64,000 nucleotides of DNA from Candidatus Latescibacterota bacterium (GTDB lineage: Bacteria; Latescibacterota; UBA2968; UBA8231): the NCBI GenBank assembly GCA_965215195.1, contig CBDCDC010000002.1, positions 3,040,001 through 3,104,000 on the forward strand, written 5' to 3'. This document shows, piece by piece, positions 43,408 through 55,668 of this stretch (its first letter is position 1; every line of letters starts with the position of its first letter). Position numbers and translations under genes: made by a program. The notes below the pieces were generated by a model. That model was given only the letters and a program-made list of their open reading frames with translations. It was not told the DNA's origin and did not search any database.

Positions 43408-45111
43408 ATGCCACCCCGACTGCTTCTCCATTCCCTTCTGTTTGGCTGGACCGCCGTGATAAGCTGGGCAGAACCCCACGGCTCTCTTGTGCCCGACGCG
43501 ACCGTCGTCGCCCGGGTAGCAGACCAAGCGATTACCACGGACGACGTGGCCCGGACTCTCAAACGCCTCCTGCGATTGAGTCGCGACCAGCTATCTCCGA
43601 CGCAGGCTTTGCGTCCCCTGATTGACCGGAAGATCCTGTTCCTAGAAGCCGAAGTGCGGGGATTGGCCGCCGACTCGCTAGTCTTGGCACAACTCGCGGC
43701 CGCCGCGAACCAGCGCCTCGTCGATCGCCTGTATCTGCGGGAAGTGTCCCAATTGATCGCTGTGTCGGAAGCCGAAATCCGCGCGCAGTACCACGCCCTC
43801 GGCTTGGACCGCAAGAGAGAGGTCCGTGGCCGCCACATCGCCGTGGCCACCGAAGGAGAGGCTGTGCGGATGCTGGAGCAGTTGCGGAACGGCGCGGACT
43901 TTGCCGAACTAGCCCGGCAGTCCTCTCTCGACTCGGCCTCGGCTGCCAAGGGCGGAGATATGGGATTTTGGCAAGAGGAGGATGCCCAGCGCAGTGGATT
44001 CGTCAAGACTCTCTTCGCGCTCGACATCGGGGAGCTATCCGAGCCGTACCGAGACGCGCGGGGCGACTATCACCTGATCCAAGCCACTGAGGAGCAACTC
44101 GTCGGATTCGAGCGGCAGGCCGCAGGGATTCAGCGGTCCCTCGAGCGGCAGCAAAAGGACGCGCGTTGGCGCGCCTACCTCGATACACAAGCAGAGCGAT
44201 CTGAATTTGAAATCGACCAAAGTGCGCTCGATTTTCTGCTCCAACAGGGACGGCGTGCCGAGGACTTGGTCCCCACCGTAGTGCCGCAGGACGGGCAGAG
44301 GGTTCTATGCCGCTTCGACGGCGGCTCGATCGGACTGGCCGAATACGTGGAGATGCTCCGGGCCGTCCCCGCTCGCCGCCGCCCCTCGCCCGTCGATAGC
44401 GCGGACATCACCCATTTCGTCCGGACCGAGGCACTTATAACCCACATCCTCCCACAGGTCGCCAGAGAACGGGGCTGGCTGGAGGAGCCGCAGATGCGTC
44501 GGGCCCTAGCGCAGAAGCTCGAGGAACTGCTGGTGGACCGCCTTCGTCGCGTCGAGGTGGAGGAGCCCTTCCTCGGCGAGCCCTTGCTCCGTTCCTACTA
44601 CGACGAGCACCAAGATGAGTTTCGAGTTGCAGCGCGTGCCGTCGTCGAAGGTGGCATCCTGTCCTCGCGCCAGCAGGCAACGGCCGTCGCCGCACGAGCA
44701 AAAGCCGGCGCAGATCTCTTCGAGATCATGGCCGACTACCCCCTGTTTCTGGGAGAGTTCCGCAAGTACGACGTGTTCACCATCGCCCCCGGCGACGCGA
44801 CAGACGCTCAGAATCCTATGGTCGAGGCGGCAGGCGGAATGGTACTAGGAGAGATCCGCGGCCCGGTGGCGATCCGCTTTGCAAATAATCAGATAGGCTT
44901 TGTCGTTCTCAAGCTGCTGGAGATGCGACCGTCCCATATCCTTCCTTTCACCGCGTCCAAGGTCCAGCAGACGGTGCGCCGCAAAATCAGAGCCGAGCGC
45001 TACCGAGAAATCGAGCTGGCATTCGAACGGTACATGGAGGCACTCCGCCAGCAATACGCCCCCCAGACAGTGATTTACCAGCACGTGCTGGATGCCCTGC
45101 CGACGGGCTAG
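43408..45111 (+). CDS. PpiC/parvulin-type foldase with two rotamase domains (module B)
   Basis: Signal peptide, VVARVA, RHI.V......GADFAELARQSSLD..SAAKGGDMGF, plus a degenerate second domain. Same architecture as 11377..13137. Confidence 0.82.
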   Translation: MPPRLLLHSLLFGWTAVISWAEPHGSLVPDATVVARVADQAITTDDVARTLKRLLRLSRDQLSPTQALRPLIDRKILFLEAEVRGLAADSLVLAQLAAAANQRLVDRLYLREVSQLIAVSEAEIRAQYHALGLDRKREVRGRHIAVATEGEAVRMLEQLRNGADFAELARQSSLDSASAAKGGDMGFWQEEDAQRSGFVKTLFALDIGELSEPYRDARGDYHLIQATEEQLVGFERQAAGIQRSLERQQKDARWRAYLDTQAERSEFEIDQSALDFLLQQGRRAEDLVPTVVPQDGQRVLCRFDGGSIGLAEYVEMLRAVPARRRPSPVDSADITHFVRTEALITHILPQVARERGWLEEPQMRRALAQKLEELLVDRLRRVEVEEPFLGEPLLRSYYDEHQDEFRVAARAVVEGGILSSRQQATAVAARAKAGADLFEIMADYPLFLGEFRKYDVFTIAPGDATDAQNPMVEAAGGMVLGEIRGPVAIRFANNQIGFVVLKLLEMRPSHILPFTASKVQQTVRRKIRAERYREIELAFERYMEALRQQYAPQTVIYQHVLDALPTG

Positions 45112-45201
45112 ATATCCTTATTATGCCTTGGCCCGCAACGGCGGTCGCGGACGAACTCAATTCATCGCCGATTGCCTAGTGGATGAAGACGAGAGGTAAA
45201 C

Positions 45202-46788
45202 GTGAAAGCCGAGAGCACAAGCCCGACACATTCCCGGATGTACCTAGTCTTTCTCGTGGCAACCGCCTTCTGCTGCGGTTCGCTGATCATGGTGATCGAG
45301 GTTCTGGGCTCGCGGGTCATCGGTCCCTTCTTCGGCGTCAGTCTATTTGTCTGGACGTCGCTGATTGCGGTCGCCATGATCTCCTTGGCCGCCGGCTACG
45401 CGGCAGGTGGGATCTTCGCCGACCGGCATTCCGACGCCCGGTTTCTCTACGGCATCATCTTTTTGGCCGGCCTTTTGATCCTCCCCATTCCCTTCGTCAA
45501 GGTTCCCGTTCTCAAGCTGGGCGTGGCGCTCGGCCTGCGGGCGGGTGCGTTTTTTAGCACCCTGGTTCTGTTTGGACCATCCCTGTTCCTGCTCGGCTGC
45601 GTATCCCCTTTCCTGATCAAAATTGTGGCTAGGGAAGTCTCAAACATTGGACGGACGGTGGGTGCCTTCTATGCCGTATCGACCATTGGCAGCGTCTGTG
45701 GCACCGTGCTCACCGGCTTCGTCCTCATCGCCCACATGCAGGTCAGCCACATCTTCCTCTTGGTGGGCTGCCTGCTGATTCTGCTGGCCGGATGTTACTT
45801 CCTCTTCTTTCGGCGCGCTGCTTGGGGCGCGGCCGCGGTTTTCTTCTTGGCGCTATTCTGGTCGTACGACGAGAGCAATGCGGCGGTCCGAAGGCTGCCG
45901 AACGGTGCCCGCATTGAGCTATTGGCACACCAAGATAGCTACTACGGCGACGTGAAGGTCGTGCAGTATGCGTTCGGGAATAAGCGCAATCGCGAACTGA
46001 TCATCGACGGGTTGGTGCAGGGCGGGATTGATATGAGTACCGGTCTCTCCTACTATCCCTACAGCTATTGCCTCCAGAGCCTGCCGTTTCACATCAACCC
46101 GCGGGGGCGGCGTTGCCTCGTTATCGGTCTGGGTGCTGGCATCATTCCCCGCTGGTACGAACGGCGAGGCGTCACAACCGATGTCGTCGACATTGATCCC
46201 GTTGTGGTGAGGTTGGCTAGGGAGTACTTCGACTTCGACATAGCGGGCGAGATATACATTGAGGACGCGCGCTATTTTCTGACGCGCAATGAGACCCAGT
46301 ACGATTTCATCCTCCTCGATGTCTTTAATGGCGACACGACCCCCTCGCACGTGATCAGTCTCGAAGCCTTTGAGTTGATCGGCCGAAATCTCAGCGACGA
46401 TGGCGTACTCGGCATCAATCTGGTGGCGACGTTGAAGGGGAAAACCCTGATTACTGCCTCAATTGTGAAGACCCTCCGGCAGGTATTCGACCAAGTTGAG
46501 CTGATCCTTACCTTCGACCCGGACGAAAGCGAGTGGGGAAACGTCGTGGTGTTGGCTTACTTTGGCGACGGGGTGGCCTTTCCAGCGGACCCATTCGCTG
46601 GCGAGACGATCCACCCTTTTGCCAAAAAAAAGATCGCTACCTTTAGGCCGTTTTCCTTCGACGAGGGGGTGCCGGCCATCATTCTGCGCGACGACTACAA
46701 TCCGATGGACAGCTACGATCTGGAACTGAAGGAAGCCAATCGGCGCGACATTCTGCAGACCACGGACTGGGAGATTTTGGCGCGTTGA
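45202..46788 (+). CDS. Fused MFS-like membrane / spermidine-synthase-like methyltransferase
   Basis: N-terminal TM region (EVLGSR...PFFG.S..VW; G.FYA.ST.GS..G), then CLVIGLGAG, VVDIDP.VV.LA.EYF, EDAR.FL, YDFILLDVF, DDYNP. Confidence 0.88.
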   Translation: MKAESTSPTHSRMYLVFLVATAFCCGSLIMVIEVLGSRVIGPFFGVSLFVWTSLIAVAMISLAAGYAAGGIFADRHSDARFLYGIIFLAGLLILPIPFVKVPVLKLGVALGLRAGAFFSTLVLFGPSLFLLGCVSPFLIKIVAREVSNIGRTVGAFYAVSTIGSVCGTVLTGFVLIAHMQVSHIFLLVGCLLILLAGCYFLFFRRAAWGAAAVFFLALFWSYDESNAAVRRLPNGARIELLAHQDSYYGDVKVVQYAFGNKRNRELIIDGLVQGGIDMSTGLSYYPYSYCLQSLPFHINPRGRRCLVIGLGAGIIPRWYERRGVTTDVVDIDPVVVRLAREYFDFDIAGEIYIEDARYFLTRNETQYDFILLDVFNGDTTPSHVISLEAFELIGRNLSDDGVLGINLVATLKGKTLITASIVKTLRQVFDQVELILTFDPDESEWGNVVVLAYFGDGVAFPADPFAGETIHPFAKKKIATFRPFSFDEGVPAIILRDDYNPMDSYDLELKEANRRDILQTTDWEILAR

Positions 46789-46852
46789 GTTGGGCACAGC
46801 AGACAGGTTCTTATGCCGCTTTGCCGAACTCGCAGCTCGCCCGCGCACGATG

Positions 46853-46870
46853 GAGGGCAAGGTGCCCTCG
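46853..46870. repeat. REP-like palindrome related to the 32191-32213 unit
   Basis: GAGGGCAAGGTGCCCTCG differs at one position from GAGGGCAAGATGCCCTCG. Lies between convergent genes. Confidence 0.45.
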
Positions 46871-46899
46871 CACCGAGGCGTAACTAAACCGTATTGGGC

Positions 46900-47913
46900 T
46901 TAAAGCCCCAAGTACAGATCCCGTCCCTTGGCCAGTGCTGCGATCTTGTGGTCGGCGATGGAGCGTTTGAGCATCCAAAAGCCGCAGTCTGGGTGGATGA
47001 AGCGGATGCGGTCGGGTCCGGCCGCGGCGACAGCGGCTTCTATGCGGCGGGCGATCTCTTCGGCTGTCTCGATGTGGTTGACCTTGATGTCGATCACGCC
47101 GAGGCCGAGGCCGATGCGCGGGTCGATGTGTTGCAGGGCACTCAGGTCGCTCGCCGGGCGGTGGGCGAGTTCGAGCACCAAGTGATCGGCGCGCAGCTCG
47201 TTGAGAAAGCCGAGCAGGGTGCGCCACTCGCCCTGCTGAATGGTCTGGCCTCCGTAGTTGCCAAAGCAGAAGTGGACGGCCTTTTGGGTGCCCGCGTTGA
47301 TGCTGTCGAGTACGGCGTTGATGGCACAGGCCGCGAGGGGGCCATCGGCCGGGTTGCCGGGTATGTTGGCCTCGTCGATTTGGATGCAGGCGCAGGGCAG
47401 GCCGCGGACTTGGTCGGCGAGGACGTGGGCAACGGCCATCAAGAGCGCAGCAAAGTCGCCGTAGTGGTGGTCGAGGAGGGTGCGGGCCAGCATGTAGGGG
47501 CTGGTCAGGGTGAACTTGAAGGGGCCACCAGCCACGGCCGCGGCGCGGGCGCAGTCGGCGAGCAGGTTGAGGCTGCCCGCGCCGAGTTCGGCTTCCACCA
47601 CGGCTGCGGGCTTGGCGCGGAAGCCCATGCTGTGTTTGGCGGCAAACTCCTCGGCCTCGCGCCGGCCACATTCTGCGCGAGTGCCGCCCATGGGCCGGAC
47701 GAAGTACTCGATCATGCCGTTGGTGTCCGGGTGGTTGACGTCGAAGCGGTATAGCTCGCCGTCGGTGGGCAGGTCAATGCCGGCTTGGCGCTGGGTGTCG
47801 AACACTACGCGGGTGGCATCGACGAGGGCCTGCTCGGAGGGCAGGGCTTGGAGCCAGTCTGGGACGGGATAGGAGCCGACGGTCGTGGTTTGGATGGCAG
47901 GTGTGCTGGACAT
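46900..47913 (-). CDS. Cobalamin-independent methionine synthase II (MetE C-terminal-like) family protein
   Basis: TTTVGSYPVPDWL, Q..AGID..TDGE, IQIDEA, HFCFGNY (HxC zinc ligands), LGVIDIK...ET.EEIA.RI, PDCGF. Confidence 0.9.
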   Translation of the reverse strand: MSSTPAIQTTTVGSYPVPDWLQALPSEQALVDATRVVFDTQRQAGIDLPTDGELYRFDVNHPDTNGMIEYFVRPMGGTRAECGRREAEEFAAKHSMGFRAKPAAVVEAELGAGSLNLLADCARAAAVAGGPFKFTLTSPYMLARTLLDHHYGDFAALLMAVAHVLADQVRGLPCACIQIDEANIPGNPADGPLAACAINAVLDSINAGTQKAVHFCFGNYGGQTIQQGEWRTLLGFLNELRADHLVLELAHRPASDLSALQHIDPRIGLGLGVIDIKVNHIETAEEIARRIEAAVAAAGPDRIRFIHPDCGFWMLKRSIADHKIAALAKGRDLYLGL

Positions 47914-47984
47914 GGTTGGCTACGATAAGTGCTCGGCGGCGGCAGCGCAACAGGTCCTAGCGCCGCCGAGTCGGAGGCCGATAT

Positions 47985-49562
47985 TCACATACGCTCAACC
48001 TCGAAAGCCGCTAAGGTGCGGGTCTCCCGACTGAACTCCACCCCAATCAGGTAAATCGCCGCGCCGCGCCCGCGATACTTGGCCGCGTAGTCCCTCTCCT
48101 TCAACTGCCCAATCGCCGCCCCCGCCGATGCTCGTTCCACTACCTTGAACTCGAACAGGTACACATTCCCATTGAACAGGAGCGCCATGTCCAAGCGACC
48201 CTCCCGGCTGCTGTCCTCCACCGTGATCGCCAGCCCCAGCGACGCAAAGTAGGAATAGAACACGCTGGCGTAATAGCCCTCGTAGCTCGCAATCTCATTA
48301 TTCGTATGCCACTGGTAGGGAATGCTGGCAAAGAACGCCTCGAACAGCGTTTCCAAGCTGTCGAAGTCATTGACCAGCAGCAGGTCGTACAACCGGGCGC
48401 TGTGCTCGGCGCGGCGAGCGAGGTTGCCCGTCAGGTGGTTCAGCAAGCTCTTGTTCAGGCTCTGCCGCACCTCCCGGTTGGGGTAGCCCAGCCGATAGTA
48501 TGTCTCCCCGCCGCGCAATTCAGTGCGGCGAATGGTCAGGTAGCCGGTCTGGAACAGCAGGGCCTCGGTCGCGATGTGATCCACGTCAAACGCCGACAGC
48601 AGCGCGTCGCTGCCGAGCATGTCGTCCAAGGATAGGGAACTGACCCCGCGCGCCAACAACATCTCGAGCAGAAACGTCGGCGTACCCGTCTCAAACCAGT
48701 AGGCCCCGAACTGACGGTTGAAGAACAGCAGCAACACGTCGAAGGGGTTGTACACGGCTTGGTCGCCCAGCCAGTTGTAGCCGTTGTACCAATCGCGGAT
48801 GGCGTCCCGGTCCAAGCCGGGCAACTCCGGGGCGAACACCGCGTCCAAGTCCGCCTCGGTGTAGCCGCAGACGGCCGAGTAGCGCGGGTTTAGGGTGATG
48901 TCGATGAGGTTGTTGAGACCGGAGAACAGGCTGACTTTGGAGAACTTGCTCACCCCGGTGAGGAAGCTGAACGCGATGTGCGCGTCGCTGTCCTTGATCG
49001 TCGCGTACAACCCGCGCAAGTAGTCGCGGTTAGCCCGAGCCACCTCCGGCACCTCTAGCGCGTCGAGAATGGGCTTGTCGTACTCGTCAATCAGCACCGC
49101 CACTGGCTGGCCGGCCTCGTCGTGCAGTACCTCTAGCAAGCGGGCGAACCACCCCGGTGCCGTGGCGGACTCGGCAACCACTCCTGCCCAGCGTTCAATG
49201 GCGGTTAGTTGCTCCATCAAGTTCTCGTGCAGAAAGCCCGGCTCCTTGAAGTTGCCGCTGCCAAAGCTCAGCCGCAACACCGGATGGCGCACCGACCAAT
49301 CCCACTGGTCGTGAATGGCTAGTCCCTTAAACAAAGGCTCGTTGCCCGCGAACAGTTCCTTGAGCGTGTCGAGAAACAGGCTCTTGCCAAACCGACGCGG
49401 GCGCGACAGGAAGTAATGCGTACCCTCGGCGGCCAGCCGCGCCATGTAAGCGGTTTTATCGACGTAGTAGCAATTCTCTTCCCGAATCGTGCGAAAGGTC
49501 TGAATGCCGATGGGCAGTTTGCGCTTGGCCGTCCGGGACGAATCGGGTTCCATCTTTAGCAT
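47985..49562 (-). CDS. AAA-ATPase-like protein with C-terminal PD-(D/E)XK nuclease domain
   Basis: LPIGIQTF..IR....YYVDKT, RPRRFGKSL, LIDEYDKP, FLTGVSKFSK.SLFSGLNNL, WYNGY, YNPF, PN.EV, GRLD.......YLFEFK. Confidence 0.92.
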   Translation of the reverse strand: MLKMEPDSSRTAKRKLPIGIQTFRTIREENCYYVDKTAYMARLAAEGTHYFLSRPRRFGKSLFLDTLKELFAGNEPLFKGLAIHDQWDWSVRHPVLRLSFGSGNFKEPGFLHENLMEQLTAIERWAGVVAESATAPGWFARLLEVLHDEAGQPVAVLIDEYDKPILDALEVPEVARANRDYLRGLYATIKDSDAHIAFSFLTGVSKFSKVSLFSGLNNLIDITLNPRYSAVCGYTEADLDAVFAPELPGLDRDAIRDWYNGYNWLGDQAVYNPFDVLLLFFNRQFGAYWFETGTPTFLLEMLLARGVSSLSLDDMLGSDALLSAFDVDHIATEALLFQTGYLTIRRTELRGGETYYRLGYPNREVRQSLNKSLLNHLTGNLARRAEHSARLYDLLLVNDFDSLETLFEAFFASIPYQWHTNNEIASYEGYYASVFYSYFASLGLAITVEDSSREGRLDMALLFNGNVYLFEFKVVERASAGAAIGQLKERDYAAKYRGRGAAIYLIGVEFSRETRTLAAFEVERM

Positions 49563-49781
49563 CGGTCGTACTCCACATCCCGGCCAACTGAAGTATAGGG
49601 CCTACAGCCGACAAGATAGGCGACAGGGCCAGCCCGTGCAAAGAAATGCGCTGCGCTTCGTTGATGCTCGGCGGCAGCGCGACAGGCACTAGCGCACCAA
49701 GCCGGAAGGCAGGGGTCTTGCCGCTCAAAGGCTGCAGGCTGAACACTTTGATTGTGCATCATTTGTGCATATATCGAAGGA

Positions 49782-49940
49782 ATGGGGTATCAGTGGGACG
49801 TCGCCAAAGCCCGATCCAATCTGCGAAAACACGGAATCGACTTTGCCGATGCTGTCGGGGTCTTTGAAGATGAATGGGCCTTTACCTGCAAAGAGGAGGA
49901 GGTTAAAGGAGAATATCGCTTTGCGACCTTGGGTATGGAA
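49782..49940 (+). pseudogene. Truncated BrnT-family toxin
   Basis: MGYQWDVAKARSNLRKHGIDFADAVGVFED...GEYRFATLGM, then similarity ends. The C-terminal IRIISAR-type motif and a BrnA partner are absent. Confidence 0.75.
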
Positions 49941-50155
49941 CGGACTCGGATGGCTGCTGTTAGCCGCCGGATCCTTCGTACAGACTGCGATCACAGGCCC
50001 ACTGTCTTAAGAATATTCGCAGATGATCAACTCGTGATTCAAGACTTCCAATGCGGTGCTCAGTCTGGGGCGGGATAGGAGCCGACGGTCGTGGTCTGGA
50101 TGGCAGGTGTACTGGACATGATCTAAGGATTCCTTGCGTTGTTGATCTCACGGCC

Positions 50156-50743
50156 CTAGAACAATCCTCCCAAAGTGAAGCTTAGGGCCTTCCAAGAATC
50201 TCCTTCCACTTGCCGCAAGCTGCCGTTGACTTGGAAGGTCAAGCGGGTACCACTGGTAATTGGCTGAGACCAACCTGCACCCACTAATCCGCCCAATCCC
50301 CACTCGCTTGTCTCGTCGACAATATCGTCATCTGAGGTGACACCCATAAGAGCAGGTCCAATGTCGGAGCGAATGAAAAAGCCCTGTCCGATATGTCGTT
50401 GTGGAAAGTATTGAAGACTTAATCCATACGTTACGCCGATTATATTAAGGCCTTCTGAATCTACTTCGATCCGATCATTGAAGCTGTTTATCACGCCGCC
50501 CAAGAGATACCGATCTTGGATCGGCCAGTAAAATCCAAGGAGATCCATGGAAATAGCAACCCTTGAGACGCCGGGAAAATCCTCAAGAAGATCAAGGAGA
50601 TCTGCTAATTCTTCAGGATGAGATACACTGACTGCACCTATGCCCCAATAGGTGTACCAGCTTTCCAGCTTTGATTCAGTACTCTCAGATTGAGCTGCTA
50701 CAAAAAACAGCAGCAATAACGCTGCAAAAATCATTCTGTTCAT
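50156..50743 (-). CDS. Small outer-membrane beta-barrel-like protein
   Basis: Signal peptide, alternating Gly/aromatic strands, C-terminal LSFTLGGLF (terminal Phe). AAGGA RBS; AT-richer than its flanks. Confidence 0.65.
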   Translation of the reverse strand: MNRMIFAALLLLFFVAAQSESTESKLESWYTYWGIGAVSVSHPEELADLLDLLEDFPGVSRVAISMDLLGFYWPIQDRYLLGGVINSFNDRIEVDSEGLNIIGVTYGLSLQYFPQRHIGQGFFIRSDIGPALMGVTSDDDIVDETSEWGLGGLVGAGWSQPITSGTRLTFQVNGSLRQVEGDSWKALSFTLGGLF

Positions 50744-51171
50744 AATATTCTTTCCTTAATGGTTTGAATGGATTTGGATCAAAGCCCTTGGTCAACATCG
50801 AGGAAAATTCCCTTATGTACCTTGGCAAAGAAGTCGGTGTCGTGCTCCGCAGACTCGATCTGCTTGACCTCTTTAACACGACCTTGCCTACCTCGCAGAT
50901 CGGGACGAGGAACGGGTAGAATCACGCCTGAAAATAGAGCCATGTTCCCATTTATAAGCAAATATAACACTCAGAGGCTTCTGTTTTGTTAAAAAAGCTG
51001 ACTTGATCAGAGGTTCCTTTAGTTTACGTACGAACATTCCCTGTGTCAAAACATGTTGATTTTGAGCTTGGCAATCAACTGGAAATAGGCCCTCCGCCCT
51101 GTGCGGCGGCGTCCCAAGACTCGCGTAAAAATTCAAATTGACCCACTACCAGAACCAGACTGTGCGACACC

Positions 51172-51201
51172 TTGACATCATACACGTATGTTCAGTATAT
51201 T
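51172..51201 (+). promoter_or_regulatory. Putative sigma70 promoter with an overlapping SOS-box-like site
   Basis: TTGACA (51172-51177), 18-nt spacer, TATATT (51196-51201). The spacer contains ATACACGTATGTTCAG. Confidence 0.55.
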
Positions 51202-51242
51202 TTGTGCCGCTCGCACGTTAAATCTCCTCGTCAGGAACTGCC

Positions 51243-52178
51243 ATGTCTCGGTCGCAACCCGTCCAAGAGCGCTATCGCCGAGCGCTTGAGGCCTTGACCC
51301 AAAAGCTCCAACAAGACCGCACGGTCTTGGCCGCCATCGTCTATGGCTCATACTCGTACGACCAAGTTTGGGAGAAGTCGGACATCGACTTGTGGATCGT
51401 CATGGCCGACGACCCCAAGGTGCGGCGCTACAAGGATCACTGCCTCACCGAGGAAGGCGTCATCATCCACGCCAACCTCATCTCGCGCAAGCGGTTCCAG
51501 TTGAACATAGAAGGCTCGCGCCAAGGCGGTTGGCTCGACTTTACCTTCGCCCACAGCACCCTCCTGTTCTCCAAGGACGAGTCCATTGCCGCGTGGTATA
51601 AAGACGCCGAGCGCATTGGCGCACGAGACCGCGACTACCAGTTGCTCAGGCGCGCTCTGCCGCTGTTGGCCACCTTGAACAAGGCCCAGAAGTGGTACAA
51701 AGTGAAGAAGGACTACAACTACAGCTTCCTGTGGCTGCTCAACGTGGCCGACCAACTCGCCAGCGTCGAGTGCATCCTCAACGGCCAAGCCCCCGGCCGC
51801 GAGGTCATTCACCAAGCCCTCGCCTTTAATCCCGAGTTCTTCAACGCCATCTACACGGATCTCATCGCCGCCAAAAAAAACGCCCGCACCCTCAAGGCGG
51901 CCCTCCAGCGCGTAGAGACCTACCTCGACGACCACCTCTGGGACCTGTTCCGGCCCTTGCTCGACTATTTGGAAGAGGCCGAGGCCATGCGCACGGTGTC
52001 GGAAATAGAGGAACACTTCAAGATGGAAGGCGCGGACTTCGCCTGCGAATGGCTGGTTGAAAAGGGCTTGTTGCAAAAGATGTCGGCGCCGCTGCGCCTA
52101 AGCGAAAAGAGCCGCACAGAGCTACAGGAAGCGGCCTATCACTACGACGGCGACGGGTCCGATTGGGGCCTGCACTAG
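51243..52178 (+). CDS. Pol-beta-superfamily nucleotidyltransferase domain protein
   Basis: [24 protein letters not shown] (hGS...DhDh motif) with a helical C-terminal region. 16 bp upstream of uvrA. Confidence 0.75.
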   Translation: MSRSQPVQERYRRALEALTQKLQQDRTVLAAIVYGSYSYDQVWEKSDIDLWIVMADDPKVRRYKDHCLTEEGVIIHANLISRKRFQLNIEGSRQGGWLDFTFAHSTLLFSKDESIAAWYKDAERIGARDRDYQLLRRALPLLATLNKAQKWYKVKKDYNYSFLWLLNVADQLASVECILNGQAPGREVIHQALAFNPEFFNAIYTDLIAAKKNARTLKAALQRVETYLDDHLWDLFRPLLDYLEEAEAMRTVSEIEEHFKMEGADFACEWLVEKGLLQKMSAPLRLSEKSRTELQEAAYHYDGDGSDWGLH

Positions 52179-52194
52179 CGCAAAAGGACACACT

Positions 52195-55068
<2,874 letters not shown>

Positions 55069-55111
55069 GCTAGGCGCGTAAGGGTATCCGCCGGCGTCGT
55101 TTCCGCGGCGC

Positions 55112-55145
55112 GTAGGGAATAACGATTGTTATTCCCTACTTTTTT
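55112..55145 (+). terminator. Intrinsic terminator after uvrA
   Basis: GTAGGGAATAAC-GATT-GTTATTCCCTAC perfect 12-bp stem followed by TTTTTT. Confidence 0.8.
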
Positions 55146-55152
55146 GCTCCCC

Positions 55153-55668
55153 TCAAATTTCGGACAATCTCGGCATCAGATCGACGAGGTTACAGGGCTG
55201 GTTGGTGGAATCGAGCTGCGGCCCGATGAGCTTGTCCCAGCCGGTGGCGCAAGCCCCGGAGGAGCCGGGCAGGCAGAAGATGTACGTGCTGTTGGCAACG
55301 CCGGCCACGCAGCGCGACTGCAAGGTCGCGGTGCCGATCTCCTCGTAGGAAAGCACGCGAAAGACTTCGCCAAAGCCCTCGATTTCCTTGTCGAAGAGTA
55401 CGCTGACGGCCTCGGGCGTGCCGTCGCGGCCGGTGAGGCCGGTGCCGCCGGTGGTGATGATGGCCTGGACGCGGGGCTCGGCGATCCACTCGGAGACTTG
55501 GGCGCGGAGCTGGTAGATGTCGTCGGGCAGAATTTGCTTTTCGTGCAGGATGTGGCCGGCCGCTGCGAGGCGCTCGGCCAGCAGTTTGCCGGACTTGTCG
55601 GTTGCTTCGTCGCGGGTGTCGGAGACCGTGAGCACGGCGATGCACACGGGGACGCGGTCTTGGGTCAT
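55153..55668 (-). CDS. moaB: Molybdenum cofactor biosynthesis protein B
   Basis: IAVLTVSDTR....DKSG, ITTGGTGLTGRDGTPEA, DKEIEGFGE.FR, LPGSSGAC..GW, PCN. Start MTQDR at 55668. Confidence 0.92.
   Translation of the reverse strand: MTQDRVPVCIAVLTVSDTRDEATDKSGKLLAERLAAAGHILHEKQILPDDIYQLRAQVSEWIAEPRVQAIITTGGTGLTGRDGTPEAVSVLFDKEIEGFGEVFRVLSYEEIGTATLQSRCVAGVANSTYIFCLPGSSGACATGWDKLIGPQLDSTNQPCNLVDLMPRLSEI

Larger units (their letters stand above)
47855..50120. repeat. 60-bp direct repeat pair (47855-47914 and 50061-50120) duplicating the 5' end of the MetE-like gene
   Basis: CAGTCTGGG(A/G)CGGGATAGGAGCCGACGGTCGTGGT(T/C)TGGATGGCAGGTGT(G/A)CTGGACATG; 57 of 60 positions identical by hand alignment. Confidence 0.9.

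Noticed and set aside
11377-45111. Classical SusC/SusD polysaccharide utilisation locus, prophage or conjugative element as the explanation for the central block
   Set aside because: No TonB-box receptor, SusD, glycoside hydrolase, integrase, phage structural or T4SS motifs were recognised.
46811-47754. Two 286-aa ORFs overlapping the MetE-like gene
   Set aside because: Alternate-frame and antisense shadows with no domain motifs.
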